A DNA stretch of 41,204 nucleotides, taken from Verrucomicrobiaceae bacterium (GTDB taxonomy: Bacteria > Verrucomicrobiota > Verrucomicrobiia > Verrucomicrobiales > Verrucomicrobiaceae). The stretch is taken from contig JBEIGR010000001.1 of assembly GCA_040381795.1 (NCBI GenBank), forward strand, positions 1 through 41,204. Direction: 5' to 3'. Of the stretch, positions 26,494 to 35,705 are shown one piece after another (the first letter of the stretch is position 1; the number at the start of each line of letters is the position of its first letter). The notes under the pieces were generated by a model, which was not told the DNA's origin, made no database searches, and saw only the letters and a list, made by a program, of their open reading frames with translations. A program made the translations under genes and the position numbers.

Positions 26494-27177
26494 ATGGCCA
26501 AGAAACCAGCACCCAAGAAGGCACCCGCGAAAAAAACCGCCGTGAAACCTGTTCCTAAAAAGGCAGCGCCATCGAAGAAACCTCCGGCCAAAAAGCCTGC
26601 CCCGGTGAAGAAACCGACACCGAAGCCCACTCCTACCAAGAAACCTGCGCCGAAACCCGCAGCGAAGTCCGCGCCAGCTTCCAAACCGGACCCAGCCCCA
26701 GTGCCGGTGAAGAAGCCTGAACCCGCCCCGGTCTTCAAACCCGTATTTGAAACACCCGCGCCAGCTTCCGTGTCGATTCCGACACCTCCTCCAACTCCTA
26801 AAGTGACTATCTCTAAAGGCTCCGCTCCCGCCGGCACTCCACTCACCGTCTCCACGCAGGCCTCCGCAGGTGCCGCCGCGAACGGCAACACGCATCCGGC
26901 GAATATCCTCGCGCTCGTCAGCAGCGGCGGCTGGCCTGTGACCGATCTCTCGAAGGACAATTTCACCCTCATGGAATACTTTGAGGTGCCCGGCCAGCAG
27001 GCTCCGTTCAGCAATAACATCACGTCCTTCCGCAACGTCGGCACGGGAGCTTACCTTATTCAGGTAAAACCCATCAACAGTGCCACCTGGCGCAGCGGTC
27101 ACCACCTCGCCCAGATCATCGTCAGCTCAGACGACGATCGCCAGGGCCAGGGAGCCGTGAAGATCATCATTCGCTGA
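26494..27177 (+). CDS. Hypothetical protein with a histone H1-like Lys/Pro/Ala-rich N-terminus and a globular beta-rich C-terminal domain
   Basis: MAKKPAPKKAPAKK-type repeats for about 70 aa, a Pro-rich linker, then a complex-sequence domain. Followed by a terminator. Confidence 0.8.
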   Translation: MAKKPAPKKAPAKKTAVKPVPKKAAPSKKPPAKKPAPVKKPTPKPTPTKKPAPKPAAKSAPASKPDPAPVPVKKPEPAPVFKPVFETPAPASVSIPTPPPTPKVTISKGSAPAGTPLTVSTQASAGAAANGNTHPANILALVSSGGWPVTDLSKDNFTLMEYFEVPGQQAPFSNNITSFRNVGTGAYLIQVKPINSATWRSGHHLAQIIVSSDDDRQGQGAVKIIIR

Positions 27178-27203
27178 GCCGATCAAAAAGATGTCATTTT
27201 AGG

Positions 27204-27236
27204 AAAGGACCGCGTTACTGCGGTCCTTTTCATTTT
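27204..27236 (+). terminator. Rho-independent terminator
   Basis: aaaggaccgc-gttact-gcggtccttt followed by tcatttt. Confidence 0.8.
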
Positions 27237-27279
27237 CACCTTTTCGCACCCACTCCCACCGCTAGCATCCGCCCCATCC

Positions 27280-28326
27280 ATGAACCGCCGCTCCTTCCTC
27301 GCCTCCGCGTTTGCCACCGCCGCCGCGTCCACCATCCGGGCAGCCAAGCCGGGCCTTCCCATCGGACTCGATCACTTCTCTGTCCGCGCCACCGGATGGA
27401 AAGCCGCGCAGTACATCGACTACGCCGCCTCACTGAAGCTCAACACGATCTTCCTCTCCGAACTTGGCGTGTTCGAAAACTTTGAAGACGCCTATTTGAA
27501 GAGCCTCAAGGAGCAGGCGCACAAGGCCAACCTGCAAGTTTATGTCGGCACCGGCAGCGTTTGCGAAAGCTCGAACACCTGGAAGGCCGCCAATGGCACC
27601 GGCGCGGATCACCTCGCCCTCACGATCAAAATCGCCAAAGCGCTCGGCTCGCCCGTCGCCCGCTGCTACCTCGGCAATCAAAAGGATCGCTCCACCGATG
27701 GCGGCATCGCAAAGCACATCGAAAACACCATCAAGGCCATCAAAGCCAACCAAAGCCGCGCCGAGGCCGAAGGCATCAAGATCGCCATCGAAAATCACGC
27801 GGGCGACATGCAGTCCGCCGAGCTGCGCGAGCTCATCGAAGTCGCGGGCAAAGGTTACGTCGGAGCCAACATCGACCCCGGCAATGCCGTTTGGGCGCTC
27901 GAAGAGCCGATGAAGCATCTCGAAGTACTCGGCCCCGTCACCGTCTGCTCCAGCGTGCGCGACAGCATGCTCTGGGAAGGCGAAAACGGTGCCATCAATG
28001 TCCAATGGACCGCCATCGGCGAAGGCCTCATCGACTTCAAAGCCTACGCTAAACGCTTCGCCGAACTCGCCCCCGGCGTGCCGCTTCAAGTCGAGACCAT
28101 CTCCGGCTTCACCCGCCCCTTCGAGATCACCAAAGACGACTTCTGGACCATCTTCCCCGGCCACCGCGATAGCGATATGTTCAAAGCCTGGCTCGCCCTC
28201 GCCAACAAAGGCAAAAAGATCGACAGCTTCAAAGCCCCCGACGGCCCCGGCAAAAAAGACGCCGAGATCGCCTACCAGAAAGGCGAATGCGAACGCAGCT
28301 TCGCGTGGCTGAAGGCGAACGTGTGA
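27280..28326 (+). CDS. Tat-exported sugar phosphate isomerase/epimerase (xylose isomerase-like TIM barrel)
   Basis: MNRRSFL twin-arginine signal, IAIENHAGD, NIDPGN and GEGLIDF motifs. Confidence 0.88.
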   Translation: MNRRSFLASAFATAAASTIRAAKPGLPIGLDHFSVRATGWKAAQYIDYAASLKLNTIFLSELGVFENFEDAYLKSLKEQAHKANLQVYVGTGSVCESSNTWKAANGTGADHLALTIKIAKALGSPVARCYLGNQKDRSTDGGIAKHIENTIKAIKANQSRAEAEGIKIAIENHAGDMQSAELRELIEVAGKGYVGANIDPGNAVWALEEPMKHLEVLGPVTVCSSVRDSMLWEGENGAINVQWTAIGEGLIDFKAYAKRFAELAPGVPLQVETISGFTRPFEITKDDFWTIFPGHRDSDMFKAWLALANKGKKIDSFKAPDGPGKKDAEIAYQKGECERSFAWLKANV

Positions 28327-28380
28327 GCTGTTTAGCGAGCTTGTCGATGGCGGTGCGGGCAGGAGTGCACTCATCACTCA

Positions 28381-29790
28381 TCACGTCACAATCGGCTTGA
28401 TCACCTTCGCGGGATCGACGCCGGTGAGGCGGAAGTCGAGGCCTTGGGAGCGGAAGGTGAGCTTTTCGTGGTCGATGCCGAGCTGGTGGAGGATCGTGGC
28501 ATGGATGTCGTGGACGTGGACGGGATTTTCTATGGCTCCAAAGCCGAACTCGTCGGTCTGACCGTGCGTGACGCCGCCTTTGAAGCCGCCACCAGCGAAC
28601 CACATGGTGAAGGCGTCGATGTGATGATTGCGGCCGGTGGATTCGCGCACCTCGCCCATCGGCGTGCGGCCGAATTCGCCACCCCAGACGACGATGGTGT
28701 CATCGAGCAGGCCGCGTTGTTTGAGATCTTTGACCAGCGCGGCGCTGGCTTGGTCGATGTCCTGGCATTTGAGCGGCATGTGCTTTTCCAGGTTCTCCGT
28801 GGGGCCGCCGTGGTGGTCCCAATTGGTATCGTAGAGCTGCACAAAGCGCACGCCACGCTCGACGAGGCGGCGGGCGAGCAGGCAGTTTCGCGCGAAGCTG
28901 GTCTCCTTCGGATCTTTGATACCGTAAAGATCGAGCGTGGCCTGCGATTCGCCACTGGTATCCATCAGCTCGGGAGCGCTGGTCTGCATCTTGAAGGCCA
29001 TTTCATAGGCATTGATGCGGGTGGTGATCTCGTCATCGCCGGTTTCGACGAGGCGTTTCAGGTTCAGTTCACGCACGGCATCCACCACCTGCCGCTGCTG
29101 GGCGGCGCTGATCTCATTGGGCGTGGAGAGATTCACAATCGGATCGCCCTTATTGCGCAGCGGCACGCCTTGATAAGTCGTCGGCAGCACGCCGCTGCCC
29201 CACAGGACGGAGCCGCCACGCGGACCACGCGGGCCGCTTTGCAGCACGACGAAGCCCGGCAGATCCTCGCACTCGCTGCCGAGGCCGTAGGTCACCCAGG
29301 CACCCATGCTCGGACGACCAAAAAGTCCGCTGCCGGTGTTCATGTACATCTTCGCCGGCGCATGATTGAAGAGGTCCGTCTTGCAGGTGGTGACGAGGCT
29401 GATGTCATCGACGATCTTCGCGGTGTGAGGCAGGTAATCGCTCACCCACGCACCGCATTGACCGTGCTGCTTGAAGCCGATCTTCGGCCCCAGCAGGTCG
29501 CTGCGATGGCTGCTGTCCATGAAGGCAAAGCGCTTCCCTTTGGTGTAGCTCTCAGGAATGGGCTTCCCGTTCAATTTGGTGAGCAGCGGCTTGTATTCAA
29601 AGGTCTCCAACTGCGATGGGCCGCCCGCCATGAAGAGGAAAATGACGTTCTTCGCCTTCGCGGGGAAATGCGTCTTCTTCGGTGCCAAGGCAGCATCGCG
29701 AGCCATAAGCGAACTGAGTGCCATGGAGCCGACGCCAATGCCGCAGCGGCTGAAGAAATGACGACGAGTTTGGTGAAGCAGAGGTGTCAT
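28381..29790 (-). CDS. DUF1501 domain protein (Tat signal)
   Basis: TRRHFF, IFLFMAGGPSQLETF, CLLARRLVERGVRFVQ, WDHH and WGGEFGRTP motifs. Start reassigned to MTPLLH (ATGA overlap). Confidence 0.93.
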   Translation of the reverse strand: MTPLLHQTRRHFFSRCGIGVGSMALSSLMARDAALAPKKTHFPAKAKNVIFLFMAGGPSQLETFEYKPLLTKLNGKPIPESYTKGKRFAFMDSSHRSDLLGPKIGFKQHGQCGAWVSDYLPHTAKIVDDISLVTTCKTDLFNHAPAKMYMNTGSGLFGRPSMGAWVTYGLGSECEDLPGFVVLQSGPRGPRGGSVLWGSGVLPTTYQGVPLRNKGDPIVNLSTPNEISAAQQRQVVDAVRELNLKRLVETGDDEITTRINAYEMAFKMQTSAPELMDTSGESQATLDLYGIKDPKETSFARNCLLARRLVERGVRFVQLYDTNWDHHGGPTENLEKHMPLKCQDIDQASAALVKDLKQRGLLDDTIVVWGGEFGRTPMGEVRESTGRNHHIDAFTMWFAGGGFKGGVTHGQTDEFGFGAIENPVHVHDIHATILHQLGIDHEKLTFRSQGLDFRLTGVDPAKVIKPIVT

Positions 29791-30485
29791 GGAAGTTCGC
29801 GGATGCGGAGTTTGCGGAAGAGGATGGGGGAGCCTTCGCTTTCGAGGCAGAGGAAGCCTTGGGCGGGGTTGCAGGCGGTGCCGCCGCTGACTTCCTCGCC
29901 ATTCACCCAGAGGCGGACTTCGCCGTTGATGGCGCGGATGTAGTAGTGGTTCCATTCGCCGTGGCCTTTGGCGAGGTGCTTGCGGGGGAAGCTACGGCTG
30001 CCATCGGGAGAGAGTGGCGGGAAAGGTGTCATCTTCACGCCGACGGGAAAGACATCGCCATTCGTGCCGAACCAATCGGTTTTGCCTCCGGCGGCCTTGA
30101 CCTTGTCGGTGTAGCCGTGATCAAGCACCTGCACCTCGATGCCCTGCGGCAGGCCGGGCTTTGCTGCGGCGGTGAGCTTCTCAATCGAGGCCGGCGTGGC
30201 CCACACAAAGACACCGGAGTTCCCGGCGGGCTTTTGATGGCTCCACTCGACGACCATCTCGAAGTTTTTGAACTCCTTCACGGTGCGCATCACGCTCACC
30301 GGCTTGCCCGTGCAATGCAGCACGCCGTCCTTCCAGCTCCAGGTGTCATCGGCGCTGTTCACCTTGGTGAAATCTTCCGACTTCAAATCGCGGAAACCGG
30401 GCTGCGAGTCGTCGATGAAGGCGCGAGCCGGATCGGCGGCGAACAATGGCAGGGAGGTGAGAAGGAGGGTGAAAAGCAATTTCAT
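29787..30485 (-). CDS. DUF1080 (3-keto-disaccharide hydrolase family) secreted protein
   Basis: Signal peptide, WSWKDGVLHC, GNSGVF, IEVQVLD, GEWNHY and GFLCLESEG motifs. Confidence 0.9.
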   Translation of the reverse strand: MKLLFTLLLTSLPLFAADPARAFIDDSQPGFRDLKSEDFTKVNSADDTWSWKDGVLHCTGKPVSVMRTVKEFKNFEMVVEWSHQKPAGNSGVFVWATPASIEKLTAAAKPGLPQGIEVQVLDHGYTDKVKAAGGKTDWFGTNGDVFPVGVKMTPFPPLSPDGSRSFPRKHLAKGHGEWNHYYIRAINGEVRLWVNGEEVSGGTACNPAQGFLCLESEGSPILFRKLRIRELP

Positions 30486-30489
30486 GGTC

Positions 30490-32772
30490 TTATTCGCGGG
30501 TGACGGTTTCATCGAGGTTCAGCAGCACGCGGGCGGCGTTCAGCGAGTCGAGTTTCTTCAAAACGGCAAGCTCATCGGGCTTGGGTGCGCGTGAGGTGCA
30601 GCGTTTGAAGGCGGTTTCTAGGCCGTCCTTCTTGATGACCTTCTCCAGCGCGGTGGCGAACTCGAAGAAGCTGCTGTCATTCATCAAGGTGAGCGCTTGC
30701 AGCGGCGTGTTGCTGCGGATGCGGCGGGTGCAGCTGTTGAAACCTTCCGGAGCATCGAAGACCGTGAGCGAAGGCGGTGGCGAGGCGCGGTAGATGAAGG
30801 TGTAGAGGCCGCGGCGATAGCGATCTTCGCCTTTGCTCACGCTCCAGACGCGTTTCACCTGGCCTTGGCCCATCACACCATCGGGGATTGGCGGATACAC
30901 GGGTGGACCACCGATTTTCGACGAGAGAAGACCGCTCGCAGCGAGGCACACATCACGCACGACCTCGGCATCGAGGCGCAAACGCGCCTGGCGGGCGAGG
31001 AGGTAGTTCTGCGGGTCTTTTTCGATTAGATCAGGACGGTTCGCGGAGCTTTGGCGATAGGTCTTCGAGGTCACGATGAGCTTGTGCAGCTCTTTGAGGC
31101 TCCATTTTTTCGCGGTGAACTCGGTGGCGAGCCAGTCGATGAGTTCAATATGGCTGGGAAGCGTTCCTTGTGAACCGAAGTCATTCTCCGTCTCCACGAT
31201 GCCGCGGCCGAAATACTGCTGCCACACGCGATTGACGATCACACGGGCCGTGAGCGGGTTTTTCGGGCTCATGATCCATTTCGCCAGATCGAGCCGGTTC
31301 GGCTGTTTAGAGGTCGTTTCGAAGGGATGAAGCACGGCGGGCGTTCCGGGCTGCACTTCGACATCGGGGCGCGTGAAGTCGCCTTTGATGAAAACCGTCG
31401 TTTTGCGCGGTTTGGCCGTTTCCATCATCACGAGCGTCGTCGTGCCTTTGTTGAGCAGCGTGTCGAGTTCCTTGTGGCGGTCGTTCAGTTCGCGGAAAGG
31501 TCCCACGCCGCCGATGCTGGCGGCAAACAGCGTCTGGTTCTGCACGAAGCCGCGTTTCGCCTTCGGCATGGCGAGGGTTTTCACAATGGTGGCATTCAAG
31601 CTCTTCTTGATCGCGGGTGTGATGCCTGCCTCCCACGCGTCGAGTTCGGCGGCGTGCTCCTTCATGTAGGCTTTGATCTTCGCTTCGACCTCTTTGAACT
31701 CCTCCGTGAGGCTTTTCACATCCGTTTTGGGATCAAAGACCTTCATTTCCGGCTCGTCCTGGTTGTTCAGGAAGGCGAACACCTGGTAATACTCTTTGTG
31801 CGCGATGGGATCGAATTTGTGATCGTGACACTGGGCGCAGCCAATGGTGAGGCCGAGCCACACGCTGCCCGTCGTCGCCACGCGGTCGAAGACGCCGTCG
31901 ATGCGGAACTGTTCTTTATCGATGCCGCCTTCTTGATTGATCTGCGTGTTGCGATGGAAGCCGGTGGCGATCTTTTGGCTTTCGGTGGCCTTCGGTAGCA
32001 AATCACCGGCGAGCTGTTCGATGGTGAATTGATCGAAGGGCATGTCCTTGTTCAGCGAGTCGATCACCCAGTCACGGAACTTCCAAATCTGGCGTGGCGC
32101 ATCGATGGAGTAGCCGTTGGAATCCGCATAGCGGGCCTGATCGAGCCACCAGCGGCCCCAGCGCTCGCCGTAGTGTTTGCTGGAAAGGAGACGATCCACG
32201 AGCGCTGCATATTTTTTGTCAGACCAGTCGGACAGGGCCGACAAGTCAGACGGAGAGGGGGGAAGGCCGGTGAGATCGAGGAAGACGCGGCGAATGAGCG
32301 TGGCGGGATCGGCTTCGGGAGAAGGTTTCAGGTTTTCCTCGGCGAGGCGCTTCTGGATGAATTGATCAATGCCATCTCCAGCGTGCTTTTGCGGCGGGAT
32401 GAACGCCCAGTGGGCCTCATACTTCGCGCCTTGCTCGATCCAGGCTTTGATGGTCTCGCGCTGCTTGGCCGTGAGCGGCGGCTTGTGGGACTTCGGCGGC
32501 GGCATGACCTCGTCCTTGTCCTCGCTGATGATGCGCAGCCAGGCGTCGGACTTGCTCAAATCTCCCGGCACAATGCCGCGGGCACCATCGCGGTCCTCGG
32601 TGGCTCCTTCAAAGGTATCGAGTCGCAGATCCCCCTCTCGATGCTTCGGGTCAAAGCCATGACAGGCGAAGCAGTTTTCGCTGAGGATGGGGCGGATGTC
32701 CCGGTTGAAGGAAATCGTGCCTGCGGCGTGCAAAGGCAGGGCAGGGAGGAGGGCAAGAAACAGGCGGCGCAT
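30490..32772 (-). CDS. Third PSD1 / planctomycete cytochrome c protein
   Basis: FNRDIRPILSENCFACHG, GERWGRWWLDQARYADS, CAQCHDHKFDP, SNTPLQAL and NLDETVTRE motifs. Confidence 0.93.
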   Translation of the reverse strand: MRRLFLALLPALPLHAAGTISFNRDIRPILSENCFACHGFDPKHREGDLRLDTFEGATEDRDGARGIVPGDLSKSDAWLRIISEDKDEVMPPPKSHKPPLTAKQRETIKAWIEQGAKYEAHWAFIPPQKHAGDGIDQFIQKRLAEENLKPSPEADPATLIRRVFLDLTGLPPSPSDLSALSDWSDKKYAALVDRLLSSKHYGERWGRWWLDQARYADSNGYSIDAPRQIWKFRDWVIDSLNKDMPFDQFTIEQLAGDLLPKATESQKIATGFHRNTQINQEGGIDKEQFRIDGVFDRVATTGSVWLGLTIGCAQCHDHKFDPIAHKEYYQVFAFLNNQDEPEMKVFDPKTDVKSLTEEFKEVEAKIKAYMKEHAAELDAWEAGITPAIKKSLNATIVKTLAMPKAKRGFVQNQTLFAASIGGVGPFRELNDRHKELDTLLNKGTTTLVMMETAKPRKTTVFIKGDFTRPDVEVQPGTPAVLHPFETTSKQPNRLDLAKWIMSPKNPLTARVIVNRVWQQYFGRGIVETENDFGSQGTLPSHIELIDWLATEFTAKKWSLKELHKLIVTSKTYRQSSANRPDLIEKDPQNYLLARQARLRLDAEVVRDVCLAASGLLSSKIGGPPVYPPIPDGVMGQGQVKRVWSVSKGEDRYRRGLYTFIYRASPPPSLTVFDAPEGFNSCTRRIRSNTPLQALTLMNDSSFFEFATALEKVIKKDGLETAFKRCTSRAPKPDELAVLKKLDSLNAARVLLNLDETVTRE
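32218..32253 (-). repeat. In-frame 9-mer tandem repeat (PSD-LSA-LSD-WSD)
   Basis: Plus strand gtcagacca gtcggacag ggccgacaa gtcagacgg. On the coding strand it directly follows GLPPS. Confidence 0.75.
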
Positions 32773-32883
32773 GGGGGAGCTGATACTACGAAGGGAAACG
32801 CGGCTTTCGGAACAAAAAAAGCATGTCGAAAGCCTGCTTAGCTTACTTTGACGCTGTGTCGAATCCTGCTATCGACAGGGCGC

Positions 32884-34053
32884 ATGTCCGACCCCGCAGA
32901 TACTCCCGCCCCAGAGGCCCCTCGAAGTCTTTTATTCCGTATGATCGTCGGCGCGGTGCTGGGGCTGGTGCGCATGGTTTACCATGTTCGGGCAATCCAC
33001 CCGGAGCGTGTGCCGGCCGGTGGTGGCGTGCTGATGCTCTCGAACCATGTAAGCTACATGGATGCGCTGATCCTGGCGGCGGCGTGCCCGAGGCCGCTGC
33101 GCTTTGTGATGTGGGATGCGCTGTATCATGTGTGGTGGATGAATGGTTTCCTGCGCTATGTGGGCACGGTGCCGATCTCCGCCACGCGGGCCAAGGATGC
33201 GGTGCGCACGGTGGCCACGGCGCTGAAGGAGGGCGGCTTGGTGTGCCTTTTTCCTGAAGGCGAGATCACGCGGCACGGCATGGTGAATGAACTGCGAAAG
33301 GGCTTTGAACTGATGGCACGCCAGGGGCATGCGAAGGTGATGCCGGTGTGGCTGGATGGTCTGTATGGCAGCATTTTTTCCTTTCAAGGCGGCGGCTTTT
33401 TCAAGAAACGCCCGCGCCAGTTCCGCTATCCGGTGACGGTATGTTTCGGCGAGCCGGTGGAGGCGAAAGCGGGTGATGCAACCACGATCCGCCGCACCCT
33501 GCTGGCAATGGGTGAGACGGCGATGATGGCACGCCCGGTGTGGGAGCATGCGGGAGAGGATCGCCTCGCTTTCACGAATGCGCTGAGGCTCCGCGAAACG
33601 GAATGGCATCGTGCGGGTGATGTGCTGCTGTGCCTCGAACCTACTGGAAGCTTGGTGCATCGCACGGTGCGTGAGCTGGCGCGGCTGCTGCCAGGAACGA
33701 AAATCATCGACAGCATGGTAGAGGCTGGCGGAGCGCCTGTGGTGGCATTTGGTAGCCTCGCGAGCCTTTCACAGGCCGGACATGGTGAGCGCTTGTTTTT
33801 CTGTTTCGATGCCGATGCGGCTCAAATTACGGCTTTGCGGGCTCCGAAGGTGCTGCTTGGTTATTTTGATGGAGCGAGCGGTTTGCTCATCAGTTCGGAT
33901 GTTCCGAATCCACCTGCGGCGGAGGGCGAGGAAGCTCAGCTAGGCATTCGTGCAGGCACGCTGGGAAGGTTGTTGCCCGGTCTCGCATTGGAAAGCCTGC
34001 CTGCGGGACTCGCAGTGGATGAGGCTGGCTTTGTGGTGATCACTCCTGCCTAG
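32884..34053 (+). CDS. Lysophospholipid acyltransferase (PlsC domain, Aas-like) with a degenerate C-terminal region
   Basis: NHVSYMD (HxxxxD), FPEG and GSIFSF..G motifs as in Aas. The C-terminal GTLGRLLPG and VDEAGFV resemble adenylation-domain remnants. Confidence 0.82.
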   Translation: MSDPADTPAPEAPRSLLFRMIVGAVLGLVRMVYHVRAIHPERVPAGGGVLMLSNHVSYMDALILAAACPRPLRFVMWDALYHVWWMNGFLRYVGTVPISATRAKDAVRTVATALKEGGLVCLFPEGEITRHGMVNELRKGFELMARQGHAKVMPVWLDGLYGSIFSFQGGGFFKKRPRQFRYPVTVCFGEPVEAKAGDATTIRRTLLAMGETAMMARPVWEHAGEDRLAFTNALRLRETEWHRAGDVLLCLEPTGSLVHRTVRELARLLPGTKIIDSMVEAGGAPVVAFGSLASLSQAGHGERLFFCFDADAAQITALRAPKVLLGYFDGASGLLISSDVPNPPAAEGEEAQLGIRAGTLGRLLPGLALESLPAGLAVDEAGFVVITPA

Positions 34054-34087
34054 TCGTCGGAAGGTCTGGGGGTTCCCCCCACCTAAC

Positions 34088-34154
34088 TTCTCCCCGCATG
34101 CAGATCATGAAGCAATCGCATGCAGTGAGCGGGGAGAGGGCTGGGGTGAGGGGC
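34088..34154 (-). repeat. CCCCTCACCCCAGCCCTCTCCCC..GGGGAGA-type palindromic repeat
   Basis: Minus strand gcccctcaccccagccctctccccgc...gcggggagaa, with an inner tgcatgc / gcatgca stem. Lies between convergent genes. Confidence 0.7.
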
Positions 34155-34172
34155 CACATCAAAGCTTCACGC

Positions 34173-35660
34173 TCACTCCTGCGCCGCTTTGAGCTGTGGA
34201 TCGTCGAGATCGAGGCGGTACATGAGTTGGTTGTAATCGTAACGCGGGGTAGCCACGGGATTGCCGGAGAAGGTCTCGGCATAGGTGCCTTCAAAGTAGA
34301 TGTATCGGCCACCTTGCTGATCAAAGAAGGCATGGTGGCTGGGATTGTAGAACGAGTATTTCGGATGGCTGGCGACCTTTACGGCCTTGCGCCACGGGCC
34401 TTCGATCTGCTTTGCTTCGAGATACCACACCTCGCCGAGCTGTGATTCCTTACCGCCTTTTTGCACGGCGATCATCACCCAGCGCTGGCGATGCGCGTTC
34501 CAATGCACGCTGCCGCCGTGAAGCGTCAGCGACTCGCCAGAAGTGGCGTCTTTGACCTGGAGATAGGCTTTGTCCTTTGCGAGCTTGCCTTCCTTGATGA
34601 GTGTGGCCTCCGCTTCCTGAGTGAGAGGTTCGCTAGGTTGCCAGACGTGCTCTTTCATCTCGGCGGACCAGGTGAAGGCCTCGTAGCTGGAGGTGTTTTG
34701 CACGTCCTCATAGGTGGCAGGCACGCGGGTGACGCAAAAGGGTGTGGCGAAGTAGAAGTAATCTCGCTCCATGCCATCCGCGCCGGTGCCGCGAGCACGC
34801 ACGGTGTTGTTTTGCGGATGCTGCCACGCGAATTCTTCGCCCAGCAAGGCCACGCGGCGAAAGCGCTGCTCCTCCTCATCGAACTCGGCGATACCGTGCT
34901 CCAGCCGCTTGCCGAGATCCTTCCAGCGCGAGTAATGCGCCACGAGATGCTCAGCGCTGTTTGCGTCGTTGCAAACGAGCAGGCCAAAGAGCCACACCGC
35001 GCCCGGTTCATTGATTGGCAGCATCTTGCGCACGGCACCTGCTTCATCGGCGAAGTATTCAAAGTGGATGCCATCCTTCGGATCGAGGCCGCCTTGATCC
35101 GGCAGATCACTCCAGGCGCAGGTGGTGTGGAAATTGCCGAGCGGGTAATTCGGCCGCTGGGTATCGCCCCATAGCCACAAGAGCCTGCCTTTCCATTCCG
35201 CCACCTGCACGGAGTCCTGCCCCATCACATCGGCGAAGAGATTCGGCCTCGGCAGCGGTGCCTCGATGCCCAGCAGCGTGCTGTCTCGATAGATGCCCTG
35301 TCCCGTGATACGATAGAGACGCTCGGCGATGCTCGTGCGCATGATTTTCACCTCCGCTTTCGTGCCGTGTTTCGGTGTGAGCCGCACCCCGGCAAAGCCG
35401 AAGCCGTCTTTCGCGATGGCGTAGCCGGGACTGCTCACGGTGAAGTGAACTTCACGCTCCATCAGCCCCGGTTCATCGAAGGCGATCCAGCCCGCGCTAT
35501 CGGTCGTGAGGCTGAGGTGGTTCGTCGTGCGCAGCGTGACGAGCGGCACGCCGCGCCCGGTGTGCTCATCCACCACATTAATCCCGAACGGAACCTCCGC
35601 TCGTGCGAGAATGGCGCAAAAGCAGAGCAGCAAGGCATGACGAAAAGCGGGAGGGAACAT
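34173..35660 (-). CDS. Secreted hypothetical protein (N-terminal beta-sandwich plus probable beta-propeller)
   Basis: Signal peptide, VVDEHTGRGVPLV, AERLYRITGQGIYRDS, WLWGDT and YFEGTY motifs, with host-like codon usage. An alternative start is at 35690. Confidence 0.8.
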   Translation of the reverse strand: MFPPAFRHALLLCFCAILARAEVPFGINVVDEHTGRGVPLVTLRTTNHLSLTTDSAGWIAFDEPGLMEREVHFTVSSPGYAIAKDGFGFAGVRLTPKHGTKAEVKIMRTSIAERLYRITGQGIYRDSTLLGIEAPLPRPNLFADVMGQDSVQVAEWKGRLLWLWGDTQRPNYPLGNFHTTCAWSDLPDQGGLDPKDGIHFEYFADEAGAVRKMLPINEPGAVWLFGLLVCNDANSAEHLVAHYSRWKDLGKRLEHGIAEFDEEEQRFRRVALLGEEFAWQHPQNNTVRARGTGADGMERDYFYFATPFCVTRVPATYEDVQNTSSYEAFTWSAEMKEHVWQPSEPLTQEAEATLIKEGKLAKDKAYLQVKDATSGESLTLHGGSVHWNAHRQRWVMIAVQKGGKESQLGEVWYLEAKQIEGPWRKAVKVASHPKYSFYNPSHHAFFDQQGGRYIYFEGTYAETFSGNPVATPRYDYNQLMYRLDLDDPQLKAAQE

Positions 35661-35705
35661 GCGGCGCGGTTTTTTTAGCACGGTGGGCATGCTTTGGGAA
35701 CCAAA

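Noticed and set aside
32824-32880. Inverted repeat tgtcga-N9-tcgaca in the divergent PSD1/acyltransferase spacer as an operator
   Set aside because: Only 6-bp arms, no second full site and no regulator nearby. It could be chance.
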